Shown here piece by piece: positions 38,119 to 48,923 of a DNA stretch of 61,857 bases. A program made the position numbers and the translations under genes. How positions within the stretch are numbered: position 1 is the stretch's first letter; each line of letters opens with the position of its first letter. This DNA is from Actinomycetes bacterium (lineage in GTDB: Bacteria > Actinomycetota > Acidimicrobiia > Acidimicrobiales > JAKAVM01): the NCBI GenBank assembly GCA_021827485.1, contig JAKAVM010000067.1:1-61857 (forward strand), written 5' to 3'. The notes under the pieces were generated by a model. It did not search any database. It was not told where the DNA came from and was given only the letters and a program-made list of their open reading frames with translations.

Positions 38119-39395
38119 TGGCTAAGTTTGGTGAAGGCAGCGATCTTGTAAAATGTAGTTTTTGCGGCAAGTCGCAAAAACAGGTAAAGAAGCTCATAGC
38201 AGGGCCTGGTGTATATATTTGTGATGAATGTATTGAGCTGTGTAATGACATTATTGAGGAAGAACTTGCTGAATCTTCGGAGGTACAGTTCGAAGAGCTG
38301 CCAAAGCCTCGTGAGATATTTGAATTCTTGAACGATTTCGTAATTGGTCAAGAGCATGCCAAAAAAATTCTCTCTGTAGCAGTTTATAATCATTACAAGA
38401 GGGTGCGAACTGGCTCGTATCATGATTCTGATATTGAGCTTGCAAAATCCAATGTTCTACTTCTTGGACCTACAGGTTGTGGAAAGACACTGTTAGCGCA
38501 GACTTTAGCGCGAATGCTCAATGTTCCGTTTGCGATTGCTGATGCGACTGCGCTTACTGAAGCTGGATATGTAGGCGAAGATGTCGAAAATATACTGTTG
38601 AAACTGATACAAGCCGCTGACTTCGATGTTAAAAGGGCTGAAACCGGAATAATCTATATTGATGAGATAGATAAAATTGCTCGAAAGAGCGAGAATCCGT
38701 CAATAACAAGAGATGTATCGGGAGAAGGCGTTCAGCAGGCACTACTAAAGATTTTGGAAGGAACTACTGCATCGGTTCCTCCTCAGGGAGGACGTAAGCA
38801 TCCTCATCAAGAGTTTATCCAGATCGACACTACTAATATCCTTTTCATTTGCGGTGGGGCGTTCGCAGGTTTAGATCGAATTATTGAGAGTCGCATTGGT
38901 CGCAAGGGCCTTGGTTTTGGAGCTGAACTGAGAAATGGCAAAGATTGGGATGAAGGTGAGACCTTGCAGCATGTTTTACCAGAGGACCTGTTGAAGTTTG
39001 GCCTCATTCCTGAGTTTGTTGGAAGGCTTCCAGTCCTTGGTGCGGTATCGAATTTGGGCAAAGAAGCTCTAATTCGCATACTTATTGAGCCCAGAAATGC
39101 ACTGGTGAAACAGTATGGCAGGGTCTTTGAGTTGGATAATATTGAATTAGAGATGACGGAGGATTCTCTGGATGCAATTGCAGATCTCGCTATGATTCGA
39201 GGTACTGGTGCAAGAGGTTTGAGGGCGATTTTGGAAGAGATACTCTTAGAAGTCATGTATGACTTGCCAAGTCGAGATGATATTAGTCGCTGTGTGATAG
39301 ATAAGCAGGTCGTTATGGAACGGGTTAATCCGACCTTGATTCCCAGGAAGCCAATTTCAGAGAAGGCAGAGCGACCGCGCCGAGCGGCTTCATAG
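38118..39395 (+). CDS. clpX: ATP-dependent Clp protease ATP-binding subunit ClpX
   Basis: 425 aa. Zinc-binding CSFCGK...CDEC, Walker A GPTGCGKT, Walker [10 protein letters not shown]. Its start overlaps the clpP stop. Confidence 0.96.
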   Translation: MAKFGEGSDLVKCSFCGKSQKQVKKLIAGPGVYICDECIELCNDIIEEELAESSEVQFEELPKPREIFEFLNDFVIGQEHAKKILSVAVYNHYKRVRTGSYHDSDIELAKSNVLLLGPTGCGKTLLAQTLARMLNVPFAIADATALTEAGYVGEDVENILLKLIQAADFDVKRAETGIIYIDEIDKIARKSENPSITRDVSGEGVQQALLKILEGTTASVPPQGGRKHPHQEFIQIDTTNILFICGGAFAGLDRIIESRIGRKGLGFGAELRNGKDWDEGETLQHVLPEDLLKFGLIPEFVGRLPVLGAVSNLGKEALIRILIEPRNALVKQYGRVFELDNIELEMTEDSLDAIADLAMIRGTGARGLRAILEEILLEVMYDLPSRDDISRCVIDKQVVMERVNPTLIPRKPISEKAERPRRAAS

Positions 39396-39436
39396 CTCTT
39401 TGAATCCGCTATACCTGCAAGCCCACATTTAGATTC

Positions 39437-40789
39437 GTGGGAGGTTTAGAGGCTGATTTTACTCGCGCTCTAGAGTGGCTTGAGTCTCACATTAATCTTG
39501 AGACGCTACATTCAACCAACTACAGAATTCCTACCTTAGACAGGATAGTGGAACTAAATGGATTATTAGCTGATCCACACAAGTGCTATCCGGTCATTCA
39601 TGTAACAGGAACTAATGGCAAAGGTTCAGTTGTTAGAATTATATCGGAGCTTTTGAGGGCCAGAGGTTTAACAGTGGGCACCTATACAAGTCCGGATTTG
39701 GAATCGGTTACTGAGAGAATTGCATATCTTGGAGTACCGATTTCAAAGGGAGAGTTTGCTGAAAATATTGAGATACTCCGTCTTTTAGAGCCAATGATGG
39801 AGCAGGTTCCTTCTCGATTTGAACTACTAACAGCTCTAGCATTCAAATGGTTTGCTGATTTAGCAGTTGATGTGGCAGTAGTTGAAGTTGGCCTTGGAGG
39901 CCGCTGGGATGCAACCAATATTGTGGAATCATCCGTGTCTGTTATTACCAATATTGAACTCGATCATACCGAGTTACTCGGAAATTCCCGCGAAGAGATT
40001 GCGCACGAAAAAGCCGGAATTATCAAGGAACATTCCATCACTATCCTTGGTGAGACAGATCCTATGCTCTATAAGATATTTTCTGAAACTTGCGACCGAC
40101 AATGTGCAGAGCTCTTGGTTTCAGCTAGGGATTTTGAATGTGTTTATGATCGACTTGGCATCGGTGGCCACCTGATTGGGATGCGCATTGGTAATCGCGT
40201 TTATGATGACCTGTTTGTTCCACTGCACGGACGCCATCAGGTTGACAATGCATTAGTTGCCTTAGCAGCATTTGATTCGTTTTTTGCCAGAGGAGAGGGT
40301 TTAGAACTATCCAAGGAAGAAGAAATATTGCGCCAAGGACTGAGCAATGTTCGAATACCCGGTCGATTGGAAGTGATAAGTACTAATCCCCTCACAATAC
40401 TTGATGGGGCACATAATGTTGCCGGAGCCAAATGCATTGATAGGGCACTTACGGAAGAGTTCGATAGTTCTCTAAACAGAGTCTTGATTATGGGCCTGCT
40501 CAAAGGTCGAGATATCAAGGAGATGATCTGTGCGTTTGGTGTAGATAGGATTGAGAGTCTAATTGCATGCCCAGCGCCCTCGCCAAGGTCAATTGATCCT
40601 AATGAGATAGTTGATGAAGCTAGACAAGTTGGTATTAATGCAACCGTCGCTGATTCCGTGGAAGGTGCCATAAAAATAGGACTAAGAGAAGCTAACGAGA
40701 GAAATTTAGTCTTGATCACCGGTTCACTTTATGTTGTCGGTAAAGCCCGCGCTATCTTGCGAGACCGGTCGCACATTGAGGCCTCTTGA
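39437..40789 (+). CDS. folC: Bifunctional folylpolyglutamate synthase / dihydrofolate synthase
   Basis: 450 aa. Mur-ligase P-loop HVTGTNGKGS and EVGLGGRWDATN. Confidence 0.9.
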   Translation: MGGLEADFTRALEWLESHINLETLHSTNYRIPTLDRIVELNGLLADPHKCYPVIHVTGTNGKGSVVRIISELLRARGLTVGTYTSPDLESVTERIAYLGVPISKGEFAENIEILRLLEPMMEQVPSRFELLTALAFKWFADLAVDVAVVEVGLGGRWDATNIVESSVSVITNIELDHTELLGNSREEIAHEKAGIIKEHSITILGETDPMLYKIFSETCDRQCAELLVSARDFECVYDRLGIGGHLIGMRIGNRVYDDLFVPLHGRHQVDNALVALAAFDSFFARGEGLELSKEEEILRQGLSNVRIPGRLEVISTNPLTILDGAHNVAGAKCIDRALTEEFDSSLNRVLIMGLLKGRDIKEMICAFGVDRIESLIACPAPSPRSIDPNEIVDEARQVGINATVADSVEGAIKIGLREANERNLVLITGSLYVVGKARAILRDRSHIEAS

Positions 40790-40879
40790 TACATAGATGC
40801 CTCTTGAAGGTCAAGGATCAATTATTTGCTCCTTGAAGTTGCGCCAGTAGCCCCATACGTGATTCGATGATAGGCACTT

Positions 40880-41287
40880 GTGAGTAGAACTTTAGTAATT
40901 GCAAAACCAGACGCGACAGAGCGTGGGCTAATAGGTGAGATCATTGGCCGATTGGAACGTAAAGGGCTTCGTATTATTGCAGCACAGTTTCTGACGATCG
41001 ATGAAGAACTGGCAGCTAAGCACTATGAAGAGCATATTGGCAAGCCGTTCTATACTGAACTGGTTCGCTTTATTGGACGATCTCCATCAATGGTCATGGT
41101 GATTGAAGGTCCAGAGGAAACATGGAAAGTGGTGCGCACAATGATGGGAACTACTAATCCACGGGAAGCTGCTCCTGGTACAATACGAGGGGACTTGGCA
41201 GTTGAACTAACAGAGAATCTCGTGCACGGTTCAGATTCTGAAGATTCTGCCAAGCGAGAGATCGCCATATTTTTTCCCAACCTCTAA
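40880..41287 (+). CDS. ndk: Nucleoside-diphosphate kinase
   Basis: 135 aa. RTLVIAKPDA and active-site NLVHGSDS. Confidence 0.95.
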   Translation: MSRTLVIAKPDATERGLIGEIIGRLERKGLRIIAAQFLTIDEELAAKHYEEHIGKPFYTELVRFIGRSPSMVMVIEGPEETWKVVRTMMGTTNPREAAPGTIRGDLAVELTENLVHGSDSEDSAKREIAIFFPNL

Positions 41288-41299
41288 GAGAATCCAATT

Positions 41300-41322
41300 T
41301 TCTGCTGTTACCAGCAGTTTTC
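41300..41322 (+). terminator. Rho-independent terminator after ndk
   Basis: CTGCTG (41302-41307), loop ttac, CAGCAG (41312-41317), followed by TTTT. Confidence 0.6.
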
Positions 41323-41438
41323 ATACGTAAAGACGTTCAGATTGAGAAAAAGCCAGATATAACGTAGTCTTAGTAAAGCGGTCGATTTTATCGAACCAGA
41401 CCAAAACGTATCTTTTACCTAAAAAGGCGAACTTCCCA

Positions 41439-42473
41439 ATGAGCGATAGCTTTGTACACTCTTTTCTAGGCCGTGACATGGCAGTTGATCTTGGCACGGC
41501 AAATACCTTGGTATATGTCCGAGGACGAGGGATCGTATTGGACGAGCCTTCCGTTGTTGCAATTAATGTGATCGACGGACGCCCCTTATCTGTAGGTCGG
41601 GAGGCAAAAAGAATGATCGGGAGGACACCGAGCCATATTCAAGCAATTCGACCCTTAAAAGACGGCGTTATTGCAGATTTCGAAGTCTGTGAGAAGATGA
41701 TGAGGTATTTCATCCAGAAGGTGCATCACCGGAAGTTTTCTAAACCCAGAATGGTTATTTGCGTTCCCTCTGGGATAACTGGAGTTGAACAGAGAGCTGT
41801 ACAGGAGGCAGCCGAGTATGCGGGCGCGCGCAAACCTGCATACATTATCGAAGAGCCTATGGCCGCCGCAATTGGAGCGGGCCTGCCGGTACATGAGCCG
41901 ACTGGAAATATGGTTGTTGATATTGGGGGTGGGACGACTGAAGTGGCAGTCATCTCTCTTGGTGGAGTAGTTACTTCTCAATCTGTACGCGTAGGAGGTG
42001 ACGAACTCGACAATTCAATTATTCAGTATGTTAAGAAAGAATATAGTTTGGCATTAGGGGAAAGAACAGCCGAGGAGATCAAGATGGCTTTAGGTTCTGC
42101 TTGTGAACTTGAAGAAGAGTTACACGCAGAGATACGTGGTCGTGATCTCATATCTGGACTTCCTAAGACAATTGTTACTTCAACAGATGAAATTAGAAGA
42201 GCTATTGCAGAACCTCTGAGCGCGATTATTGATTCAGTCAAAGTTACTTTGGATAAGACCCCCCCTGAACTTGCGGCAGATATTATGGAACAAGGGATAG
42301 TACTTACTGGGGGAGGTGCGTTGTTGCACGGGTTAGATGCTCGAATCTCGGCTGAGACGGGCATGCCAGTTCTAATTGCCAAGAATCCCTTGCATTCAGT
42401 GGTATTAGGAAGTGGGCAGTGTCTTGAAGAGTTTGGTGCGTTAAAGCAAGTTCTTTCGTCGGCACCGCGTTGA
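41439..42473 (+). CDS. mreB: Rod shape-determining protein MreB
   Basis: 344 aa. Actin-fold motifs [22 protein letters not shown], and LTGGGALL. Confidence 0.96.
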   Translation: MSDSFVHSFLGRDMAVDLGTANTLVYVRGRGIVLDEPSVVAINVIDGRPLSVGREAKRMIGRTPSHIQAIRPLKDGVIADFEVCEKMMRYFIQKVHHRKFSKPRMVICVPSGITGVEQRAVQEAAEYAGARKPAYIIEEPMAAAIGAGLPVHEPTGNMVVDIGGGTTEVAVISLGGVVTSQSVRVGGDELDNSIIQYVKKEYSLALGERTAEEIKMALGSACELEEELHAEIRGRDLISGLPKTIVTSTDEIRRAIAEPLSAIIDSVKVTLDKTPPELAADIMEQGIVLTGGGALLHGLDARISAETGMPVLIAKNPLHSVVLGSGQCLEEFGALKQVLSSAPR

Positions 42474-42510
42474 TCTTCGGTATCAACTTCGACATTTAGT
42501 ACATATTGAA

Positions 42511-43359
42511 GTGGTTACAACAAGGAGGACTAGCAAGCGACGTTTCTTGCTGACAGTACTTGTTTTAAGCGCCATTACGATTGTAACAATTTACTACCGG
42601 GGACATGCACGTTCCTTGGTTGCTAATGTAAAAAGCGTTTCGTTAGATGTGATTGATCCCGTTGGTCATTTCGTGGCTTCCATCGCACATCCAGTAGAGC
42701 ATTTTGTACAAGGTGTAGAAAGTTACGGGACTTTGTCGAAGGAAAATGCAAAGTTGTTTCAACAAAATCAGCAGCTTCGATCCGAACTTGGAGCTTCTGC
42801 ACTCAATCAAAGTGAAGCAAACCAGCTTAAAGCTCAGGCAAACCTTCCATACCTACAAGGAATTCCAACCCTTCGGGCAGACGTAATTCTCTCCACTCCT
42901 TCTAATTTTGAATCATCAATAGTGATTGACAAGGGGTCGGACTCAGGAATTGCAGATGGTATGCCTGTAGTTTCTGGAAGTGGTTTAGTAGGGCTCGTTG
43001 AGCAAACTGCGAACTCCAGTGCTGTAATAATGTTGATTACCGATCCCTCTATGAAGATTGGTGTTCGATTTAATGCGGGCAAAACTCAAGGCGAACAAGT
43101 AAGTGTCTTAGACGGTGAGGGATATGGTAATCCTTTGCAAGCTGAATATATTTCTCCAGTCGATATTCTCAAAAAGGGAGAGATTATGTTTACTAGCGGC
43201 CTGCAAGGCGGACTCTTTCCACCGGATATCCCAGTGGGAAAGATTGTCAATATTTCGAATGGATCGGGAACTGTTACTCCAAGGGTTGACCTGACTCCCG
43301 AGGCAAATTTGGCTAACTTACAATATGTGTCGGTATTGCTGTGGGAGCCAAGTAACTAG
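42511..43359 (+). CDS. mreC: Rod shape-determining protein MreC
   Basis: 282 aa. N-terminal TM, a coiled-coil region (ENAKLFQQNQQLRSEL), and C-terminal beta domains (GMPVVSGSGLVGLV). Confidence 0.88.
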   Translation: MVTTRRTSKRRFLLTVLVLSAITIVTIYYRGHARSLVANVKSVSLDVIDPVGHFVASIAHPVEHFVQGVESYGTLSKENAKLFQQNQQLRSELGASALNQSEANQLKAQANLPYLQGIPTLRADVILSTPSNFESSIVIDKGSDSGIADGMPVVSGSGLVGLVEQTANSSAVIMLITDPSMKIGVRFNAGKTQGEQVSVLDGEGYGNPLQAEYISPVDILKKGEIMFTSGLQGGLFPPDIPVGKIVNISNGSGTVTPRVDLTPEANLANLQYVSVLLWEPSN

Positions 43360-43885
43360 GTTGCGTAGAGTTCCGAAGATTTTTCTTGTTAGCATCCTTG
43401 TTTTAATTGTTCAAGAAGCGCTATTCCCACAGATTCGACTTTTTGGAAGTTTCCCCGATATCTTCCCTGCACTAGTTGTATGTGTTGCAATTTATAGTGG
43501 ACCTGAGCATGGGGCTATTACCGGATTTCTTATTGGATTGGCTGCAGATATATTCCTTACTAGTCCCTTTGGAGTTTCTGCACTTGTATACACGTTAGTG
43601 GGATATCTCATTGGCAGGATGGCGGAATCAATTGATTGGAAGAACTCATGGACTGCAGTTGCAATAATTTGCTCGGTTGGGACTGCAATAAGTGGAGTTG
43701 GATTTGGGACAATACTGTTATTACTAGGCAATGATGCCATTGCAAAATCAGGATTTATTTCTAGTATTTTCTTAACCAGTGCGTTTAACCTTTTCTTGGG
43801 TCCACTTGTAGGCGGGTTGCTGAATCGTCCATCAAGAAAACAGTCAAATATAGTTCGGAGCGGACAAATGGTGCTAAACCAATGA
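43325..43885 (+). CDS. mreD: Rod shape-determining protein MreD
   Basis: A polytopic membrane protein between mreC and mrdA. The start is uncertain: in-frame TTG 43361, just after the mreC stop, is a plausible alternative to 43325. Confidence 0.75.
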   Translation: MCRYCCGSQVTRLRRVPKIFLVSILVLIVQEALFPQIRLFGSFPDIFPALVVCVAIYSGPEHGAITGFLIGLAADIFLTSPFGVSALVYTLVGYLIGRMAESIDWKNSWTAVAIICSVGTAISGVGFGTILLLLGNDAIAKSGFISSIFLTSAFNLFLGPLVGGLLNRPSRKQSNIVRSGQMVLNQ

Positions 43886-46071
43886 ACGCTGGAAACAGAG
43901 CACCAAGGAAACTTTATTCAACACTTCGGAGAACGAAAACAAATCGACCAAATCGTCTTAGAGCACTTGGTGGAACTCTCGCTAATACTTTTGAGACTGT
44001 CTTAGGTCTAAACCTCTCTAATTCGGATTCGACTAAGCGATTTGGACCTAGAACCGGGCTGCGTTTGACTATCGTTGGGATAGTTGCAGGACTCCTATTT
44101 TCTACAATGCTGGTGCGACTTTGGTACCTACAAGTACTCAACTCGCCCCAATACCAGAAAGCCGCGACGATTGACCAAATTAGGTCATTTTACATACCAG
44201 CTCCTCGCGGGTTGATCCTCGATCGTAACGGAAACGTATTAGTTGGTAATATTTCGACAGAAGAGATAACTTTATCGCGAACCGAGGCGATTCAAAACCC
44301 GGCTGTGGTAAATCGGCTGTCAATTCTTCTAGGAATTTCGACTCAGCAAATAGAAGCTACGTTGCAAAACAAATTAGATAGCCCATTAGCTCCAGTCCCA
44401 ATTGATACCAATGTTCCATTGAGCGTAATAAGCTACATAGAAGAGCATTCCTCATCATTCCCTGGAGTTCAGGCGCAATTAGTTTCTCAGCGAGTATACC
44501 CATATGGAGATCTCGCAGCTCAAGTCCTTGGGTACTTAGGTCCAATCACACCTAAAGAGTTGTCACAATTAAAGGGCCAAGGTTATCAACAAGGTGATCT
44601 GATAGGTCAAGGAGGTATCGAAGAATCTTATGAAGCACAACTTAGGGGCACACCAGGTATTGAGAAGGTTGCTGTTGATTCCCAGGGCAATGTAGTTCAA
44701 AGTTGGATCGCTCGCGAGCCGGTGCCAGGCGATAACATTGAACTTTCTATTGATGCAAACTTGCAGAACTACGCGCAGATGGTTCTCGCTAATCAAATTA
44801 AATACCTACGCTCAACTTATGATCCTTACGATAAGAGATATGATCCGGCCCCCGATGGGGCGGTTATCGTCGAAAATCCGCAGAATGGCCATATATTAGC
44901 TATGGCCTCTTACCCTTATTACAATCCATCGGTATGGGTTGGAGGAATCAGCCAAAGTGCATGGCAGCAACTCCAGTCAACAACTGGTAATCCGTTGCTT
45001 AACCATGCAATTCAAGTTGGTTATACTCCCGGATCGACTTTCAAACTCATAACTGGAACTGCCGCACTTGATAGTGGACTTATCAATCCCAATACATATA
45101 TTGACGATGCAAACGGTTTATTTGTGATACCCAACTGCACAGGAATGTGTACATTCCATGATGATGAGAGCTTGCCTGGGGGGGAAGTAAATATCGTAAA
45201 AGCAATTACAATCTCTGATGACGTATTTTTTTACCACCTGGGTTACGATTTTTATATCCAACAGGCCAAGTATGGTCCGACCCCAATTCAAAATATGGCG
45301 ACAAACTATGGGCTAGGTGTACCCTCTGGAATTGACTTACCCGGCGAGACTGCCGGAATTGTTGATTCGCTAGCATCACGCCAGTTTTTGCATAGTCACT
45401 ATCCAAGTGCCTTTCCTAATCCACCTACCTGGTACGCTGGGGACCAAGTCCAACTTGCATTTGGCCAAGGTCAAACCCTGGAGACACCACTTCAGCTTGC
45501 TAATGCGTATGCCACGCTCGCCAATGGAGGCACCCGATATACTCCGCAGCTAGCGATTAATTCATTGAGTCCAACTTCTTGTGCTCCCGCTCCGGGTCTT
45601 TCCAAGAATTCCCCTCCTAAAGTGGCAGGGCATGTGAGTTACACTCCGGGTACCTATAGTACGTTGATGCAAGGATTCTCTGACGTAATTCAATCTCCCA
45701 ATGGAACTGGGTACTATGCTTTTCAAGGGTTCCCACTTGCCCAAATTCCCTTGGCGGGCAAGACCGGAACTGCTCAAACTGGTCATCAGTCACCCAACTC
45801 ACTTTTTGTGAGTTTTGGACCTACAACAAATCCAAAGTATGTAGTAGCTGCGGTTATAGATCAAGCAGGATACGGTGCAGATGGCGCAGCCCCAGTAGTG
45901 CGTGATATGTGGAACTATTTAGCAAAAAATCCAATTGGGTCGGCGGCGAAGCTTTCATGCTCAGCCAACTCTCAATCTACGTATCGCCAGCCCAATACCC
46001 CAAATCCTCCTTTGGGCAGCACTAGCCCGCCCATACTTTCCCCTACCACAACAACTCTTAGTCAGGGCTAA
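43882..46071 (+). CDS. mrdA: Penicillin-binding protein 2 (class B elongation transpeptidase)
   Basis: 729 aa. TM anchor, SxxK (GSTFK), and KTG (GKTGTAQ). ATGA overlap with mreD. Confidence 0.9.
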   Translation: MNAGNRAPRKLYSTLRRTKTNRPNRLRALGGTLANTFETVLGLNLSNSDSTKRFGPRTGLRLTIVGIVAGLLFSTMLVRLWYLQVLNSPQYQKAATIDQIRSFYIPAPRGLILDRNGNVLVGNISTEEITLSRTEAIQNPAVVNRLSILLGISTQQIEATLQNKLDSPLAPVPIDTNVPLSVISYIEEHSSSFPGVQAQLVSQRVYPYGDLAAQVLGYLGPITPKELSQLKGQGYQQGDLIGQGGIEESYEAQLRGTPGIEKVAVDSQGNVVQSWIAREPVPGDNIELSIDANLQNYAQMVLANQIKYLRSTYDPYDKRYDPAPDGAVIVENPQNGHILAMASYPYYNPSVWVGGISQSAWQQLQSTTGNPLLNHAIQVGYTPGSTFKLITGTAALDSGLINPNTYIDDANGLFVIPNCTGMCTFHDDESLPGGEVNIVKAITISDDVFFYHLGYDFYIQQAKYGPTPIQNMATNYGLGVPSGIDLPGETAGIVDSLASRQFLHSHYPSAFPNPPTWYAGDQVQLAFGQGQTLETPLQLANAYATLANGGTRYTPQLAINSLSPTSCAPAPGLSKNSPPKVAGHVSYTPGTYSTLMQGFSDVIQSPNGTGYYAFQGFPLAQIPLAGKTGTAQTGHQSPNSLFVSFGPTTNPKYVVAAVIDQAGYGADGAAPVVRDMWNYLAKNPIGSAAKLSCSANSQSTYRQPNTPNPPLGSTSPPILSPTTTTLSQG

Positions 46072-46377
46072 CCATTGAGGTGAGGCTGGGCATGCTTTTC
46101 AGCAAGCTGATATACTTAGAGTTGTCGGAGGCGAAAACCCGCTTCCGCCCATGCCTCGAACTAATGTTCTGCATAGAAAGTCTTCACTCGAAAATCAAAG
46201 AAACTAAGCGTTCAAATGTCTACACTTATCCAAAAGCACGTAAGCCATGAAAAATGTACGTGGCTCAATGCAAGGAACGAGATTCGCAGCCGTGTATCTT
46301 GACAGTTCATTCCAGAGCATTTCAGCTCTATGGACACCTTGCAAGGCTCAAGTCTTGAATTCGAAGCATAATTTTGG

Positions 46378-48198
46378 ATGTGCTGGGCAGAAAGCGCAAT
46401 CGGGAAGCCTGCCAATTTATATGGAGGCAAATTCCCGAGAACAGAAGGGATCTCACAATTGTCAAACCCAGACATACAAGACGGAAATATTACGCGAGAT
46501 AATCTCGCTCAAAGCGAAGTCTCACCTCAAACAAGCTCTCTAGGACAAGAGTATAAAGACGTAAGCATTTCAAAACCACGAATCGGCGACTCACGTCCCT
46601 CTGCCGTTCCAATTCAACGTGCTAGTCGTTCAGCACGGAGTGATAATAAACCGCTGAACGACACCTCAGTTAATACACGTAAATCGAAACCAGCTGGCAA
46701 ACCTCAAGGTTCTAAACGAACGGTTGCACCTAGTATTGAAGGAGATTTCCCAACTCAAAGCCAAAGTGCACCTCCGAAACCGATCGAGCTGGATTTAGAT
46801 CAAGGACTAGAGTCTCAAGCTCGCCTAAAGCGCCAGCGACCAGCCAGAGGAGCCAGACAGAAGAGACAAGTCGGGCGATTTGTAATGGTGGTCCATTCCA
46901 TGTCTGAAGCAATTCAAATCGCAATTCTTGAAGGGCGAAGTCTTGTTCGTCATCACGTCGCAACTTTAGCCGATAGTGATACTCAGATCGACGGCAACAT
47001 TTACCTAGGGAGAGTGCAAAATGTATTACCTGGGATGGAGGCCGCTTTCATAGATATTGGTACCCCCAAGAATGCAGTTCTCTACCAAGGAGATTTGCGA
47101 AGCGGGAGTAATTCCTCGGACTTGGAGGATATTGATACTGACGAGCAAGAAGTGCCCAATACTCGAAATCGCAAAGATCAACGTAATCATCGTAATACGA
47201 CTAGGATTGAGGATATTCTCAAGGCCAAGCAGATGATTGTTTGCCAGGTAACCAAGAATCCAATTGGTGCTAAAGGCGCCAGATTAACTCAGGAAGTTTC
47301 ACTTCCAGGCAGGTTTGTTGTGCTGGTGCCTGGCAGCGACGCTTATGGCATTTCCAAGAGATTGCGTGATGAAGAAAGAAAGCGACTCCGTCAGATCTTA
47401 GATCGAGTGCGTCCCAAGGGACATGGGTTGATTGTACGAACCGCGGCCGAGGGGGCTAGTGAGGAGGAGTTAAAGCACGACGTCTCAATGTTGGTAAATA
47501 TGTGGGAGAAGATTTCAAAACTTTCCGAGACAACCATTGAACCAACCTTGCTTTATAAGGAGCCAAACATGGCCTTGAGGCTAATTCGCGAAGAGTTCAA
47601 TAAAGACTTTAGAGCTATTTATATTGACAATGTTGATATGTACGAAAAAGTCAATAACTACGTTGCGTCGATAAGCCCCGAACTTGAGGATAGGGTTATT
47701 TTTTATGATACCAAAGAGGAGACCCTACCAGTTTTTGAAAGATTCCACGTCCATGAGCAACTTCATAGAGCTCTTGAGAGAAAGGTCTGGCTTCCATCGG
47801 GTGGGTCACTTGTAATAGATAGTGCTGAGGCCTTAACAGTTATCGATGTGAACACGGGTAAGAATGTTGGTACGTCTAACCTCGAAGAGACCGTATTTCG
47901 TACAAATCTAGAGGCTGCCGATGAAGTTGCGCGACAACTTCAGCTTCGAGATATCGGTGGAATTATAGTGGTGGACTTTATTGATATGGAGATTAGAGAT
48001 AATCGGGATACGGTAATGAAGACCCTTCGTGACTCTCTATCGCGGGACAAGACTAGAACTCAGGCCTTTGATATGTCGGAACTATGCCTAGTTGAGATGA
48101 CCAGAAAACGTATCTCTGAAGGGTTGGTACAATCTTTGTCGCACACATGTGATTACTGCGGCGGACGAGGAATTATCTTCGACGACCTGGTCTCCTAG
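46378..48198 (+). CDS. rne: Ribonuclease E/G family endoribonuclease with a disordered basic N-terminal extension
   Basis: S1 domain GNIYLGRVQNVLPGMEAAFIDIG, and catalytic core LTVIDVNTGK ... IIVVDFIDM. The N-terminal ~170 aa are S/P/K/R/Q-rich. The start is uncertain; ATG 46885 (MVVHSMSEAIQ) would give the core only. Confidence 0.85.
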   Translation: MCWAESAIGKPANLYGGKFPRTEGISQLSNPDIQDGNITRDNLAQSEVSPQTSSLGQEYKDVSISKPRIGDSRPSAVPIQRASRSARSDNKPLNDTSVNTRKSKPAGKPQGSKRTVAPSIEGDFPTQSQSAPPKPIELDLDQGLESQARLKRQRPARGARQKRQVGRFVMVVHSMSEAIQIAILEGRSLVRHHVATLADSDTQIDGNIYLGRVQNVLPGMEAAFIDIGTPKNAVLYQGDLRSGSNSSDLEDIDTDEQEVPNTRNRKDQRNHRNTTRIEDILKAKQMIVCQVTKNPIGAKGARLTQEVSLPGRFVVLVPGSDAYGISKRLRDEERKRLRQILDRVRPKGHGLIVRTAAEGASEEELKHDVSMLVNMWEKISKLSETTIEPTLLYKEPNMALRLIREEFNKDFRAIYIDNVDMYEKVNNYVASISPELEDRVIFYDTKEETLPVFERFHVHEQLHRALERKVWLPSGGSLVIDSAEALTVIDVNTGKNVGTSNLEETVFRTNLEAADEVARQLQLRDIGGIIVVDFIDMEIRDNRDTVMKTLRDSLSRDKTRTQAFDMSELCLVEMTRKRISEGLVQSLSHTCDYCGGRGIIFDDLVS

Positions 48199-48250
48199 CG
48201 TACATGGTTGAAAATTGAACAATTTGGCGAGAAAAGTTAGAATCTAGTTC

Positions 48251-48559
48251 ATGTACGCAGTTATTGCCTCGGGTGGCAAACAACACAAAGTTTCGGCAGG
48301 CGATCAAATAAAGCTGGAGCGGCTAGATGCCCAAATCGGTTCGGAAGTTTCTTTTGTTCCGCTACTGCTAGTAGAAGACGGTAATGTGATCTCTGAAGCA
48401 AGTCAGCTAAGCAACGCCACAGTCAAGGGACGTATTGCCGGGCAAGTCAAGGGGCCTAAGATCCGTGGCTTCACTTACAAGTCAAAGAGCAACAGTTCGC
48501 GTCGTTGGGGCCATCGCCAATCCTATTCACTAGTCGAGATGCTCGAGATTACCAAGTAA
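48251..48559 (+). CDS. rplU: 50S ribosomal protein L21
   Basis: 102 aa. MYAVIASGGKQHKV. Confidence 0.95.
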   Translation: MYAVIASGGKQHKVSAGDQIKLERLDAQIGSEVSFVPLLLVEDGNVISEASQLSNATVKGRIAGQVKGPKIRGFTYKSKSNSSRRWGHRQSYSLVEMLEITK

Positions 48560-48605
48560 GCGATTTTGAAACAGCTGGAAGATATATCATTGAAAGGAAC
48601 ACCAG

Positions 48606-48863
48606 ATGTCTAAAACCAAAGGCGGAGGATCAACGCGTAATGGGCGTGACTCAAATTCAAAGAGACTCGGCGTTAAAGTTTTCGATGGAACCGAAGTAAG
48701 TGCAGGTTCAATTATTGTGCGCCAACGTGGCACGAAGTTTCACCCTGGAATAAATGTTGGTCGAGGTGGGGATGATACTCTTTTTGCCACTTCGGATGGG
48801 CGAGTCAAGTTTGGAAACAGACGAGGACGTCGTCTGGTAGATGTCATATCGTTAAGCGATTAA
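48606..48863 (+). CDS. rpmA: 50S ribosomal protein L27
   Basis: 85 aa. [23 protein letters not shown] ... [13 protein letters not shown]. Confidence 0.95.
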   Translation: MSKTKGGGSTRNGRDSNSKRLGVKVFDGTEVSAGSIIVRQRGTKFHPGINVGRGGDDTLFATSDGRVKFGNRRGRRLVDVISLSD

Positions 48864-48923
48864 TTAGTTATAAAGTAACCGACGCTACAGTCTGGTTGTG
48901 TAAACCGACAACAATACCTAACA

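Noticed and set aside
38052-38445. Minus-strand ORFs (123 and 64 aa) antisense to the clpX 5' region, and many similar 60-160-aa antisense ORFs in gyrA, gyrB, dnaA, folC, mreB, obg, proA and other genes
   Set aside because: All lie inside strongly supported genes on the opposite strand or in another frame, and none has motifs of its own.
46212-46543. 87-aa (minus) and 98-aa (plus) ORFs in the mrdA-rne gap as possible rodA remnants
   Set aside because: The translations are not hydrophobic or polytopic as RodA would be, and they overlap each other and the rne frame.
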